Source of the DNA: Octopus sinensis
Taxonomy: Eukaryota
Assembly (NCBI RefSeq): GCF_006345805.1
Contig: NC_043000.1
Coordinates: forward strand, 83,018,001 to 83,082,000
DNA length: 64,000 nt
Direction of reading: 5' to 3'
The notes below the pieces were generated by a model, which saw only the letters and a list, made by a program, of their open reading frames with translations, was not told the DNA's origin and ran no database searches. This document shows positions 40,553 through 54,424 of this stretch, piece after piece. Positions within the stretch are counted from its first letter, which is position 1. The number at the start of each line of letters is the position of its first letter. The position numbers were made by a program, and so were the translations under genes.

Positions 40553-42219
40553 CTGAAAATCATAGAGCATTATGTTAATTAGGTAATTTATTACACAAAA
40601 GTAAAGGTAAATAAAAAACCAAAAATGCGTGAAAAGAGGAAATATATTATAGCCACGTTCAATTCTATTCATTCACATCTGTTTCTATAGAACATGAGTA
40701 CTAGAATAGTGTTGTTTGCTCTGAGCAGAGATATAAGATTTTCATTTTATGATTTTAGTCAAAAGGAAGTTGGCAACAGGCCCTCTATGAATGGTGAAAT
40801 TGATCCTGCAGATGTGAGTGTGAGTAGCAAAGACTAATTCTTCAGGTCCAGAAAATATGTCAGTCTCCAATAGTTGCTGACAAAGCTCAAGGGAGGTCCA
40901 CATCTGAGATAGAACAGCTGCTATGCAGACAGACATCCAAAACTGTATCCAGAGAAGGGTCACTCAACTGATTGACAATAAATCACTAACACACATACTC
41001 TAGCCTCATGCTCACAGGCAAACTGTCTCTTCTCTCTGTCTTTTCTGTCACTACTATAATAGTGTTTGTTCCTTAGAGTTGGCTGGTCTTGTACCTCCTC
41101 CATTTAAGCACACCTGATCCAATTATCTCTCAACCTCTAATTACTTCTGTTGTGTCCACTCCTCCCTGGGCTGACACTAACTGCTTTTCCCAGCCCTTTC
41201 TCCCCAGAACATTGACCGACTGGAATCTTGTCCCTGTTCATGTCCTTCCTGCATCTGTTGAATTGCAACAATTTAAATGGAACATTAACAACATCAAAAT
41301 CACCAGTCTTGGAAAACTTACAAAGGTCTTAGGCAATGCCAGTTCCTCCAGACTCAGCAAGTAAAAAGTAAATAACTCTCAATAAAGACTGTGAGGAGGT
41401 GGTATTGTTTGAGTTATCATTGCTTCATCAATGGTAGAAACTGTTGGTATTTACTTTGGTCCTCTGTGGTAACCCTCTCAGCATTGTACCAGTCAGTCTT
41501 CATCTCAGCAAGAAACCTCCTTATCAACCATGACCATGTGGCCAACCAACACGAGCCATCATCCCAACCAGATCCTCAGAGAAGAATGTATGATATGCAG
41601 AGAATGATCAGAGAAAATTTTAAACTTTCATTTAATATTTCTTCACATCAGTTAAAAACTGAAGAGAGCAAACTGGCCAAATCTCATCCTCAACAAATGT
41701 CATAGTAGTAGTAGCAGAAGAGCAGCATTAAGTCAAGTTAGAACCACTGTAGTTGTTAAAGCTGGTATAAGTTACAGCAGAGACAGATGTGTTGTTAGTA
41801 GTGGTGGTGATGGTGGTGCTGCTGCTGCTACTGCTGCTGCTGCTGGTGTTAGCAGCAGTAATAGCAATGTTCTGGTTAAATTAGTCATTTGGCCAATTCT
41901 TGTGTATTGTCAGTTTGTGCTGTTTAATTAGGACCACTTCAATAATTCATAGATTCCCTACATTGCATTCTGTGACCAAGGCAGTGGAAGCTATGAACTT
42001 GTTGGTGTTCACATACTTCACAATATGTTTCCAAAGATGATGCATTTAGAGCATTGTATTTTATATATTATGTAGTGCACAGGCACCTGGCTGTGTTATA
42101 GAACAGGTAGTTGGCTAGTGTGCATAGTTTCCTGTCATTGTGGGGGCTGCTTTCTGAGGGAAAGTTCTAAGTGGGATTCCTGTGTATTGAGTTATTTCCT
42201 ATGAATAACTGGTCTCATT

Positions 42220-43399
42220 ACAGTTTCCATCTGGCAAATTCATCCACAAAGCTTTGGTCAGCTTGAGGCTGTAGTAGAAGATACTTAACCAAGGTTCCAC
42301 ACAGTGGAGATAAACCCAAGACCACATGGTTGTGAAGCAGGCTTCTTACCCATACATACTTACTAACTCCCAGTTTCATGATCTTGACAATCTATTTAGC
42401 AATAATTCATCAAGTGAGGCTCAGAGTTAAGAGAGTGAATTTTTGGCTTCAGTTAAATGAATAAGCTCTTCAACATGTATTGGGTTATCTATTCTAATAT
42501 CATATTGTAGGCCTGTAAATATCTCTTTTACTTGTTTCAGTCACTTGACTGCAGCCATTCGGGGGAACTGCCTTGAAGAGTTTTAGTTGAACAAATCGAC
42601 CCCAGGACTTATTATATTTTTTAAAGCCTAGTACTTATTCTATCAGTATCTTTTGCCGAACCATTAAGTTATGGGGACATAATCACATCAACACTAGCTA
42701 TCAAGTGGTGATGTGGAACAAACACAGGCATGAAGACACATACACATAGATATATACATAAATATGTATGTGTGTGTGTGTGTGTGTTTGTGTATAAGAT
42801 GGGCTTCTTTCAGTTTCTGTCTACCAAATCCATTCACAAGACTTTGGTTGGCCTGTGGCTATAGTAGAAGATACTTGTCCAAGGTGCCATGCAATGGGAC
42901 TGAACCCAGAACCATGTGGTTCAAACACACACACACACACACACAACACACACACACACTTACATACATACAATGAGCCTCTCTTAGTTTTATGTCCATC
43001 AAAATCCACTCACAAGGATTCTGTTCATCTGGGAATATAGTAGAAGACACATGTCTAAGGTGCCATGTAGTGGGACTGAACCTGAAACAATTTGGTTTGG
43101 AAGCAAACTTCTCAACCACATAACAGTTCTTGTGCCAAGTCATGCCTGTAAGTGTGTGGCTGTGTGTATACAGATTAATATAGATATCTCTTTACTCTTT
43201 TATTTGTTTCAGTCATTTGACTGTGGCCATCCTGGAGCACCGCCTTTAGTCGAGCAAATCAACCCCAGGACTTATTCTTTGTAAGCCTAGTACTTACTCT
43301 ATCGGTCTCCTTTGCTGAACCACTAAGTGACGGGAACATAAACGCACCAGCATTGGTTGTCAAGTGATGTTGGGGGGACAAACACACACAAACACACAC

Positions 43400-43453
<54 letters not shown>

Positions 43454-43620
43454 CATACATATATACGACGGGCTTCTTTCAGTTTCCGTCTACCAAATCC
43501 ACTCACAAGGCTTTGGTCGGCTCGAGGCTATAGTAGAAAACACTTGCCCAAGATGCCACGCAGTGGGACTGAAACCGGAACCATGTGGTTGGTAAGCAAG
43601 CTACATACCATTCAGCCACT
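42220..43620 (-). repeat. Cluster of 4-5 SINE copies
   Basis: Repeated gtctaccaaatccactcacaaggctttggt...gggactgaacc...atgtggtt units; related copies at about 5640, 9030-9465, 13490, 14710, 23200, 24040, 36915 and 52630. Confidence 0.8.
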
Positions 43621-45125
43621 CATATTTATAATTAAAAATTTATCATCTGAAAGTCTCCACTTTTTGCTTTCTCTCATTTTGCATGCATACATATATACAT
43701 ATTAGTATTTCATACATAAACTAACATATTTAATATATTTGATATATCTAATTTGTTTATCTGCATAATTACCTCTCTTTGTCTACACAGGCACACACAC
43801 ACACACACACACAGAATGAGAAAAGGCAAAATAGTTATAGCAAGAATACTTTTGATCATAAGCTTTCACAATCAGAGCTGACCTGGAGTGAAATAACAAT
43901 GATGACATGTTAATAAAGTTTATTAAAAACTAACACAGAAAAGCTACATTCACAGCATATTTAAATCTTTAGTTTCCAGTACTTTTCTCTTTTCATTCTT
44001 ATTGGCTTGTTCTGAAAGAATTGCTGTGCCCATGGCCCTCTGAGACCAGCAAGATCATTGCAGCTACACACTCCCTGCTGAGCTGGAATAATTTCACTTG
44101 CAACAAATTCATTGTTATTACCAACTTCAGATTTAATCATGATCCTTAACAACCATACAATTGTCTCAAAGACACTGCTTATTGCTCAGTGAACCATAAG
44201 AATTAAAACTTCTGACTCTTCAGTCACTGATCTGACATCTTTTATTATTTGTTCATTCTTTCCAACATTTCATTGAGGCTTGCTTCTTTTAAAATTCCAT
44301 TTTGAATAAGTTTTATTGGTGTATTTGGATTGTAAGATTCTTGATGTGAATCTGTGTGTTGAAACAGTTTTTATTGTATCTTAGCAAGGTTATTATGCCA
44401 ATACAAAACACATTCACTAGTTCTATTTCACCTCTTTATTATTCCTCAATTGGTTAACCAATTAACTGACCAATGTTTTTGATTAATCATTCAGTTAATC
44501 AATCAGTTTTACTTTGTAGTCTTGTGTGTAAGAGTGTGTGTGTGGTAAATGTAAAGCAATCCAAGAATTTGACAATATAATTCACTACCATAACTACACT
44601 GATAAGGGTGATCTAACTTGCTACAAATTTACTAACTGAAAAGAAATTCATTGGAAATAACTCTATGGCACAATGTTTTATGAGATCGTCATCCTACCAT
44701 CACTGTCTTCTTCCCAGCTATTCCCACTCACCCTTGAATAATGTTATGCAGCCATGTATCTCCTGTGCCTGTCCCTCAGTCATACTTTAACTTCTCAACA
44801 TCTGGCATAAAGCCACCTCCCTCTCAACAACAATCTCACTCAGTCGAGGGGTCTTTTTCTTTGTCTTGCAAGTTACTTCACTTGTGGTCAGTGCCACAAA
44901 AAAAGCACCCAGATAACACTCTGTAAAGGGGTTGGTGTTAGAAAAGACATCCATCTATAGAAACCATGTCAAAATTGACATTGGATTTCAAGGTCCTCTA
45001 GGTTGTTGGATCCTGTCAAACCATCCAACCTATGTCAGCATGGAAGACAGACATTAAATGATGATGATGATGATGATAGTGGTGGTGGTGATGATGATGA
45101 TGATGATCATGATGATGTTGCTCAC

Positions 45126-45230
45126 CTGACATTTATATGGTAGTTCTTTTTCCAGGACTTGTCTGGTATGCTTTCTATTCAGATAGTTCTTGACACATTT
45201 AGGTACAAATTTAGTGAGAACCGATAAGGC
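45126..45230 (-). CDS. CFAP54: CFAP54-like exon, ALSVLTKFVPKCVKNYLNRKHTRQVLEKELPYKCQ
   Basis: ctccAG|...CAG|GTGAG; 105 nt, phase 0/0; resembles the recalled CFAP54 segment ...SYVKRKRFHRLSLEEMPWRAQ. Confidence 0.85.
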
Positions 45231-45992
45231 CTGGAGATAAACAATAAAACATACAAGTTGATAAACTACCACACAAATATATTAAAGTTTATAATATTAA
45301 TAATTCTTTCTACTATAGGCTCAAGGCCTGAAATTTTGGAGGAGAGGGATAGGTCAAATACATCAACCCCAGTGTTCAAATGGTACTTATGTTTTTGACT
45401 CTTAAAAGATGAAAGGCAAAGTAGACCTCAGCAATGAACTCAGAACATACAGCCAGAAGAAATGTTGCTAAGAATTTTGTCTGGTATGCTAATGATTCTG
45501 CCAGCTCCCCACTTTCATAATTTTAATAATACTCAATAAATAGAAAAGATTATCTTGAAAAAAAATCTAAGAAATTTTTGCATGGCATTTAATGTTAAAT
45601 ATACACTTGTAAATAATGAATTCTAGATTTGCATGTTCTAACCTTTACACATATCTTTATGCATCTGTGCAGATCAGAGTGAAGTTCAGTCTCCATTTAT
45701 CCTTAAGAAAGCTTTACAAAGTGGAAAAACAAATAAACTTTTAGATCAGTTCAAATACGTTTGTAACATATTTCACCTGCAAAATGGCTATTTTCACTGC
45801 AATTTGTCAAGAAGAAAAATTCACACTTTAAACAAAAAGTGAAAAACACCAAAGCCATTCAGAATGCTCCTTATGAACAGATATATGCATTTCATGTTAT
45901 TTACACTCTCATCAGTATCAGATACCTAATGGAACAACTCCAAAATGATGAGAGATGAAGAAAAAGCAGTGTATATATTTTTTTAAACTTAC

Positions 45993-46043
45993 CTTCAATT
46001 TGACAGCTTCAACATCAGGTGGGTCATTTGCAAAAATTCGCTT
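45993..46043 (-). CDS. CFAP54: CFAP54-like exon, KRIFANDPPDVEAVKLK
   Basis: ttttgttattttAG|...AAG|GTAAG; 51 nt, phase 0/0. Confidence 0.75.
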
Positions 46044-47024
46044 CTAAAATAACAAAAGAAACAAAATAATTTTACTGAAAGTGAAGTTTGTAATGTACAA
46101 TGGAACATAAGGGGACATTTTATAAAAAAAATCTCTTAGGGCAGTGCAGTGCTCATGCAATATTTTTCTCTCATTTGTTGCAAGGTCTGCAAAAATGGAA
46201 GGAAGATCTTGAAATGAAGATGTGATGTGAAAGTTCATATCGTTTGCTAATTGCAAACCCAGTGATGCTGGAGCTGCAAAATCTTGCTAACTGCAAACCT
46301 AGTGGATGTGTGGCACTGTTTTTCTATATATTGCAAGCTGGAGTGAACTGCTGCAATGTCAAGCAGTTGAGTACCTATCACTGAAGATTATCAAAATGAG
46401 GTTGAAATCACATTATCAGGTGGTCTCAGTGCTAGATTAGTAGGGAGTACTCTCCCCACTTACAATATATATTGAGTGTGAAGTATGTTGAATAACCAGC
46501 TGAAGGAGGCATCCTCCTGGAGTTAAAATAGTAGTATTGTCTGTTTTTATAGAACACTCACATTTATGTGGCAATAAACATTACTTCTCAGCATAAACAC
46601 TGCTTTCATTTCTAATAGAAATTTTCTTAAAGAGCTAGTTTACTGTGTGTGTGTGTGTGTGTACATACACAACTGGCACTCTGTTGGTTATAATATGTGC
46701 TCCAGTTGATCTGATCAACAGAACAGCTCGCTCCTGAAATTAACATGCAAGTGGCTGAGTACTACACAGACACATGTAACCTTAACATAGTTCTCAAGAG
46801 ATTCAGCATGACACAGAATGGGACATGACCGGACCTTTGAATTACAGGGACAACTCATTCTTACCAGCTGACTGGACAGGAGCAATGTGAAATAAAGTGT
46901 CTTGTTCAAGGACACATGTGCCACCAGGAATTGAAGTCATGACCTTATAACTGTGGGCCAAATACCCTAACTACCAAGCCATGTGTCTTCATCATCATCA
47001 TCATCATCATCATATATATATATG

Positions 47025-47837
47025 AGGTAGACTCAGGAAGACATGGGATGAGGTGGTGAAGCATGACCATTGATAATTGGGCCTCATAAAGGCAATGACA
47101 GGAGACCGAGACCTTTGGAGATATGCTGTGATTGAGAAGACCCAGCAACTAAAGTGAGATCACAGCCACGCATATCCGGCCTAGTTAAGAGTATTCCTGA
47201 TGCATTGTGCTATATGATATGCTTGAGAAGACCTGTTAAGTCAAGTAAAACCAATATCATAGCTGTGGCTCCCATGCCAGTGGTATGTAAAAGGCACCAT
47301 CCAAACGTGGCAAATGCCAGTACCCACTGACTGGTTCCCATCCTGGAGGCACATAAAAGGCACTATCCAAACATGATTGACACTAGGACCACTTGACTGG
47401 CCTCTGTGCCGGTGGCATGTAAAAAGCACCATCCAAATGTGGTTGATGCTAGGTTTGCCTGACTGGCTCCTGTGCTGGTGGCATGTAAAAAGCACCATCC
47501 AAACATGGCTGATGACAGTACCCCATGACTGGCTCTGGTGCCAGTGGCATGTAAAAAGCACCAACCAAGCCTGGCCGATGCCCATACCCCTTGACTGGCC
47601 CCCACGCCAGTAGCATGTAAAAAGTAGTTACTGGATGTGATCAATGCCAGGCCCACCTGACTGGCTCCTGTACCAATGGAATGTAAAAAGCACCCACTAC
47701 ACTCTCGGAGTGGTTGGCATTAGGAAGGGCATCCAGCTGTAGACACATTACCAGATCAGATTGGAGCCTGTTGCTGCCACTGGCTCTCCAGACCTCAGTC
47801 AAACTGTCCAACCACACACGTTAGATGATGATGATGA

Positions 47838-47840
<3 letters not shown>
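47025..47840 (+). mobile_element. RTE LINE 3' end with 66-bp tandem array
   Basis: RKTWDEVVKHD-like coding end, then seven units at exact 66-bp spacing (47275-47695) and an (ATG)n tail. Confidence 0.8.
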
Positions 47841-47888
<48 letters not shown>

Positions 47889-47904
47889 CACATTTATGAA
47901 TATG

Positions 47905-48212
47905 TGTTGCAAGATTCCTGATGTGAAACTGTGTGTTGAAACAGATATTGTTATATTTTGGGGTGGTCATTTTTTTTTTTTTTGCCAAATAAAGACATGT
48001 ACTAAGCAGAGAATGGATTAAGTGGTGAATGGACCAAGCAGAGTGGGAGAATACATTTGGACAGAAAAGGTCATTGAAGAGGTCATAGATATGTGACAAA
48101 AGATTTCCAGACAATGGACATAAGATAAAAATAAGAACAGAAATAAATGAGTGAAGACTGAATATACAGTGTGTGTTTATTTGACAAAAGGAAAATGACC
48201 ATCCTGAAATAT

Positions 48213-48216
<4 letters not shown>
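47905..48216. mobile_element. Penelope-type pseudo-LTR remnant, inverted repeat
   Basis: Arms about 47949-47998 and 48172-48216; same family as 22840; flanked by (TA)n. Confidence 0.55.
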
Positions 48217-48253
<37 letters not shown>

Positions 48254-48352
48254 CAAATAAGAAAATGGAGAAGCACATTAGTCGGTTCATCAAGTTTAGG
48301 ATATTAAAATGTTGACTTATTTATTTGTGTATTAAAAAGTTAATAGCCTGAA

Positions 48353-49550
48353 TATGAAGGAGTATTGCTGAAGCTTCAAAATCTTACATCCATTAATTTC
48401 AATGTTTCTTATTAACAATTGTATTGTTTCTTTCCACCTAAACTGACATCTGATTCTTCAAAGATTTCAAAAGTGACTAGTAGAGGCTTCTCTTGAAAAT
48501 CAACAAAATTTAGCATTGTGGTATAGCACTCAACAACGTTCATGCCAACATAGTTGTTATATTAGAGGAAGATGGTCCAGCTTTATCAACAACGCAAAAG
48601 TGGGCAGCTGAATTTAGGAGGAGCAGGGAGAGTCATTAAGATGACCTAAGGTCTGGACATCCTGCAACTGTCACAACTGAGGAAAATATTGCATGTGTTC
48701 ATCACATGGTGACAGATGACAGGCAATTGACTATAAATCAAATAGCCAATGGCATTAGTATATCTTGTGAGAGAGTTAAGAATATTCTGCATAAGGAACT
48801 TGGCCTAATGAAGGTTTCTGTTGGGTGGGTGCCATGTCTTCTGAGACCTGATCAAAAGTACATGGCTGATCATATCATGGGAAAATCTGACATTGTTTGT
48901 AACAGATTTAGTTGGTTTCTTTGAACATTTCCTAACCCAGGATGAGCTTTGGGTTCATCACTTTGAGTCAGAGACAATGAGACAATCCATGCAATGGAAA
49001 CACCCCTCCTCACCTGCTCCAAAGAAGGCCAAGGTCTTTTCATCTACAGGGAAGGCAATGGCCTCAGTTTTTTGTGATGCAAAAGGCATTGTGTTTATTG
49101 ACTATCTTGAAAAGGGTCACACCATCAATGGAGAGTACTGTGCCAACTTGCTGAGGCAGTTACAAAGGGCTATCAAGACCAAATACCCATGAAAACTGAT
49201 GGAAGGGGTCGTGTTTCATCAGGGCAATGATCCTGCACACAAGTCCTTGGTTTCAATGGCTGCTGAGCATGACTGTGGCTTTGAACTGGTTGATCAGCCT
49301 CCCTATACTCTTGATTTGGCCTCATCTGACTATCCTCTGTTCTCCAATATGAGAAAACATTTGGTTGGGAACCAGTATTGCAGGGATGATTATGTTATAG
49401 CTGCTGTTGATGGCTTTCTTGAGCAACAGGATGAAAGCTTCTTCACCAATGGGATCCAAGTGCTGCAACACCAATGTGTGGACCACAAGGGGTGTATGAT
49501 GAAAAATAAACCTCATTTGGTCAGCCTATGAACTTTTCAGCCAACCCTTG
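48353..49550 (+). mobile_element. Mariner transposon, decayed
   Basis: WVPCLL, LTQDELWVHHF, PPYTLDLASSDY across three broken ORFs. Confidence 0.9.
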
Positions 49551-52500
49551 TATGTATAGCATCAGCTTTAGTAGGATTTATATGGTCCTTAAAAGATAAA
49601 AACACAAAATTTGATACTAAATGGCAAATAATACGTAGGGTGTTACCTTATATAACTAGGAATAGAAAATGAAATTCATGTTTGGAAGAAATTTTCCACA
49701 TCTTTACCTCTAAACACAAATTATTGAATAATAGTCAAGAATTAGCTCTAGAATGCTTGCATTATCTCAAAATAGTGTTCAAATGTTTCCCCAATAAAAA
49801 TTTTTATTAAGACATTACTTACATAAGAGACTCTTCAAAATTTACCTGAGCAAAGTTTGTAGATTTACTACGTTATAAGGCCCAAAAAGAAAATGACCCT
49901 CCCCAGACACAACAGAATATGCTTCCACACACACACTCATATAAAGAATCTTGCAAACCAAATCTAAAAACGAGATTTAGTGCAGTTATCCTTTAATAAT
50001 CTAGTAGTAATTTTTACCCTTCCTCCCATACCTTTACTCAATTATTTCTTGATCTTCAATTCATAAATTTATTAATTCCTCATAATATATATATTTATCA
50101 TTAAAGTTCTTGGTTTGTGGGTGATTCTTTTCTTGACCTAGTCTGGACTTCAACAGCTACTAATTCCTTTCCATGCTTAATATTTCCTACATAAAATATT
50201 TACTAAAATACTTAGTAAAAATATTTATTAGGATCTAGCAAAGTATGGTTTGCTGTATGTGATAATGGTTCGCTGAAGGTCACCAGTGTAACGGTTAGTG
50301 GAATACCACCACCTTAACATAGTTCATTAGTTATTAGTTTGACAGAAGTTGTTCTCACGTTAGGTTGACTCCATGCTGGTTGAAGATGACGATATCGGCA
50401 ACGGAGTTGTTGATAGTCATGTGCAACAGACAGACATCGTTAACAGTATTCATTCAACGGTGATGATATACAATAACAACTCACTTTAAGATTAAAAGTT
50501 TTAATTGTAGTAGTGAGTTACACATGAATTGCCTTGCATAGAGTTCTGTATAGAGATGTGCAGTGTTTGTGTGAAATGTCTATGAAGGAACGTGTGAAGA
50601 CATTAGTTATGCTTTGTATATATAAAAAGAAGACTTGATAGAAGTGTTTCTAGATAGCTTGAGATAACGACATTGAGTTTGGTCTATTCTGTCAGTGCAT
50701 GTGGATGAAGAATAAGGTCTGCTTTAATGTGATAGAACAAAACTACATGCCAGGAGTCCTTTAGAAAAACAAGACCAGGAACTGAAAGGAACTCCATCAA
50801 ACATGGCAGCAGGCTACACTATATAAGTGACAATCGGGTATAGCAGAGAATACCTGTCCGAAGGAGCTTGTTAATTCAGCCAATCACAGACTGAGTAGAG
50901 CTGTAAACCAACAGTGTCGTTTGAACCTACCCTAAGATCCAAAAATGCATGTTTTAACTTAAGCTAATGCAGACATGCTACAGAGCCACCCTCAAAGAAT
51001 AAACTGGTAGGCAAAATAAATGATACAAATGAACAATACAAACGAAAGAAATGTAGCATGGAAAGATGGATAATGAAATAAGTGTGAGAGCACTGTGCTT
51101 CAAATGAGTAATGCAAAAGAGTATGAAAGAACTTTCGTAATACTGCCTGACCTCTGAGTTGGTCTTATGGGAGTCTAAAGCCCAAAGAGAGATGAACAAG
51201 GTCATGTAGTCAGCAAAACTTGATGTGCAAGCATGGTTAACTTACATCTAGCTAAGTGGAAATCATGGGAATACAAAAAATCAAGTTACATGAGAGAAGA
51301 ATATTGGCTGCTGTGAGAATGAGCACAGCTAAGAATTTGCCTGCAAAACAGAGAGTCATTTGCAGTGGCAAAGGCAGTAGGTGCTAGAAAAGTGACAGTA
51401 ACTAATAGAAGCTGGGCAAAAATCTCACAGGAGAGGCAATACAAAATACTAGCAAAGCAAGTCAGGTCATGAAGATAGTGGCAAAAGAAAGAAGTTCCAA
51501 CATGCAAGAAATTTGGTGTTGATCAGGCACTAAAAGAAGAAAATGCATGAAAAAATGCAAGGAATGCTATGTGAAGCCAAGAAAAATGCATTGATAAGAG
51601 GTGGTGTGTGCATCCTACAAACCAGTGAAGAAAACGCATGTCATAACATGCAAAACAGCTTTTGCCGGATGAGAAAAGGCTTGAGAAAAATTTTCAGTTA
51701 GAATAACCCACATATGTTATATGTTGTGTAATGTGTCATTATGTTGAGTGAATGCGTGTGAATAAATGAAATATAACAATATAGGCATGTACAAACATAA
51801 CATAGCAAATAAATGCAACATACTGAAATAAATGGAGCAAAACAGAGAAAAAAAAATGCAAACAAAAAGATGAAAAGTCTATGAAGAAGAGTTTATACAG
51901 TCTGAAAAGAAAAAGTTCATGTGTGACGAACACACAGATACATCTTGACATTGCCATTAGGAGAAAACTGCACGTGGTGAAGGAAAATGGCCGTAGATGC
52001 ATGTTCTAACTTGGGTTCACCACTGTGGCATGGGACGACTGCTCAGGGTCATCAACTAGACTATATTTATAGCTGTACTATAGTTATATTGTAACTAACA
52101 TAATATGAACCCCTTTCCCTGGTTACTAGAAATAAATTTTTGCATCTCCTATGTAATTTCTTACTAACATAGCCAATCTTAACGTATCTATTTGTCCTGG
52201 AAGTTCTATCTGTCTATATCGTTTGCAGCCAATGAGCAAGCACACTTTGACCTAGTTTGCACTTTCATGACTACTAAACTCTTTCGAGATAACCCTTTAA
52301 AACATTAGTGTCACTCTAGGGTTAAATCATAATAATCTTTACAACCATATTGTATTTCTCAACTACCTTTGCTAAACACATGTATCCTCCACCAAAGATA
52401 TACATAGAATAAGACCATCAAAATCCCTTATACTTCAGTTTGCTTCAATGACCTGTAATAGTAACACCTTCAACTTGGATGAAGTCATAATGCGACTGAA

Positions 52501-53143
52501 ACAACAGGATGCTACTGGATACCACAACCTAGGATACCTACACAGTTGAAACACATATTGGACAGAGATTTAAAGAGAATATCTTGTATACATGTACAAT
52601 TCTCCATCCTTATTTTAGATCTTGTGTGTGTGTGTGTGTGTTTATATATGTATGTATCTATGTGCTTAACAATCATTGTTGGTTTGTTTATGTCTCCATA
52701 ACTTATTTCAGCAAAAGAGACTGGTAGAATATGTACCTTGTTTTAGAAAAATAAGTTCTGGAATAGATTTGTTCGACTAAAATAAACTGATCAAAGTAGT
52801 GCTCCAGCATGGCCACAGTCCAATGACTGGAAAATTTTAAAAAAATAAAAGATAGCGTAGCTCAAACCAAACATTTTGGTATTTTTTTCTTTTTAAATAG
52901 AAGTCAGTCAAAGTATTCATAATTTTGAATCCTTTAAAAAGAAACACAAGAAGTAAATGACAGAGGAACCAACCAGCCACTTCAGAATCTATTCCATACA
53001 TACTTATCATGCAATGGATCATATAAAATATGAACTATAAATCAACAAACTAACTTCTTGTACAAAGGAGGTGTTGTAACTGTAAAAGATTTTTTCTTAC
53101 TAGAATATAAAGAAAAAAAAATTAAAGCAAACATCAATCTTAC

Positions 53144-53185
53144 TTTAGTTTGTGGCTTCTTTTCTTTCGGCTTCGATTTTCCACC
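53144..53185 (-). CDS. CFAP54: CFAP54-like exon, GGKSKPKEKKPQTK
   Basis: tatatttcAG|...AAA|GTAAG strong splice sites; 42 nt, phase 0/0; Lys-rich linker. Confidence 0.7.
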
Positions 53186-53298
53186 CTGAAATATAAATAA
53201 CATAAACCAAATAATTTAAATTTAGAATATTTTTCTCCAATTATCATGAAAATGTCTTAAAATCAAATTTATAAATTTGTTTTTATGAAGAGGTGTTT

Positions 53299-53366
<68 letters not shown>

Positions 53367-53605
53367 GTATGTATAAACATTACTTAAAGCAGTGATTCTC
53401 AACAAGAGTCTATATGGCCCTTGGGGGTCCACATAAGATTTTGATGATAAATTTATGCCCAATAAATTGGTTATATTTCTACAATACACAATATGTTTCA
53501 ACACCGTTTTTTAAGAGACAGATGGTATAGGTAGAATTATTGGGGTGGGAATGGGAGGGTAGAAGTGGACAGGACATAAGAGGGACAAAACAAAGAGGTC
53601 CAGAT

Positions 53606-53660
<55 letters not shown>

Positions 53661-54190
53661 AGATGAAGAATGTACAGATAAGGGAAGGTAGAGTGTATTG
53701 GGCACGGACTGTTTGATGTAGTCTCAGCAAGTCTTCTGCACTCAAGGCCCGTGTCTCACTCACTACCATTCATCATTGAGGTTGAATACAAGTTTCATAC
53801 AATCTATAACTTTGAGTGAGAAAACCTTTGTTGCTTGCAAAGATAATAAGCACTTGAACTTTTTCCAGTTTGTTCTTACCCTAGCTACTAAACTTTCAGA
53901 GCAACCACTTCTTTTATTAATTATGCTCCCTTAGAAATAGAAGCTGTCAACTACTCTTAGTAATAATGCTCAAACATTTATCACAATTTGTCATTCCAGT
54001 TTTCAAAATGGAAGCAGGCCCAAAGTCACTCGCCTCTCTTAAAGTATTTGAAAGTATTTGAAAGGATGGTGAAATCAAGAACAACTGGCTTCCTGGTGAG
54101 TAACAGTCTCCTAAATTACAACCAACATGATTTTTGTTGCGACAGAGACTGACTACCTTAAACAGCTTCTGCATTAATTTGATGACATCC

Positions 54191-54420
54191 TTAACCCTTT
54201 AGTATTCAGATTTCTCTGGCAAATCTAATGCTTTTTTATTCACATTGTCTTGAATTAATCATACATTACCTCATAGCTTTGAGATTTCAGTGATATGATT
54301 GTTTATTTTTACTATGACATTGTAAGGCAGGTGTGAAATGTTGGATCTGTCCAGTTTGAACATAAAAGAGGCAGAATATTTTGGTCAGATATGGCCAGTT
54401 TGAACACTAAAAGGTTTTAA
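54191..54420. mobile_element. TTAA-flanked MITE, same family as 4935
   Basis: ttaaccctttag...ctaaaaggttttaa; interior matches the 4935 copy in opposite orientation. Confidence 0.75.
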
Positions 54421-54424
54421 AGTT

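Noticed and set aside
43961-44152. 63-aa minus ORF as an exon
   Set aside because: No convincing splice sites or similarity; the flanking exons join without it.
47241-47656. Repetitive ORFs on both strands / CRISPR-like appearance
   Set aside because: A by-product of a 66-bp (multiple of 3) tandem array. The spacers are homologous to each other, there are no cas genes, and the context is eukaryotic.
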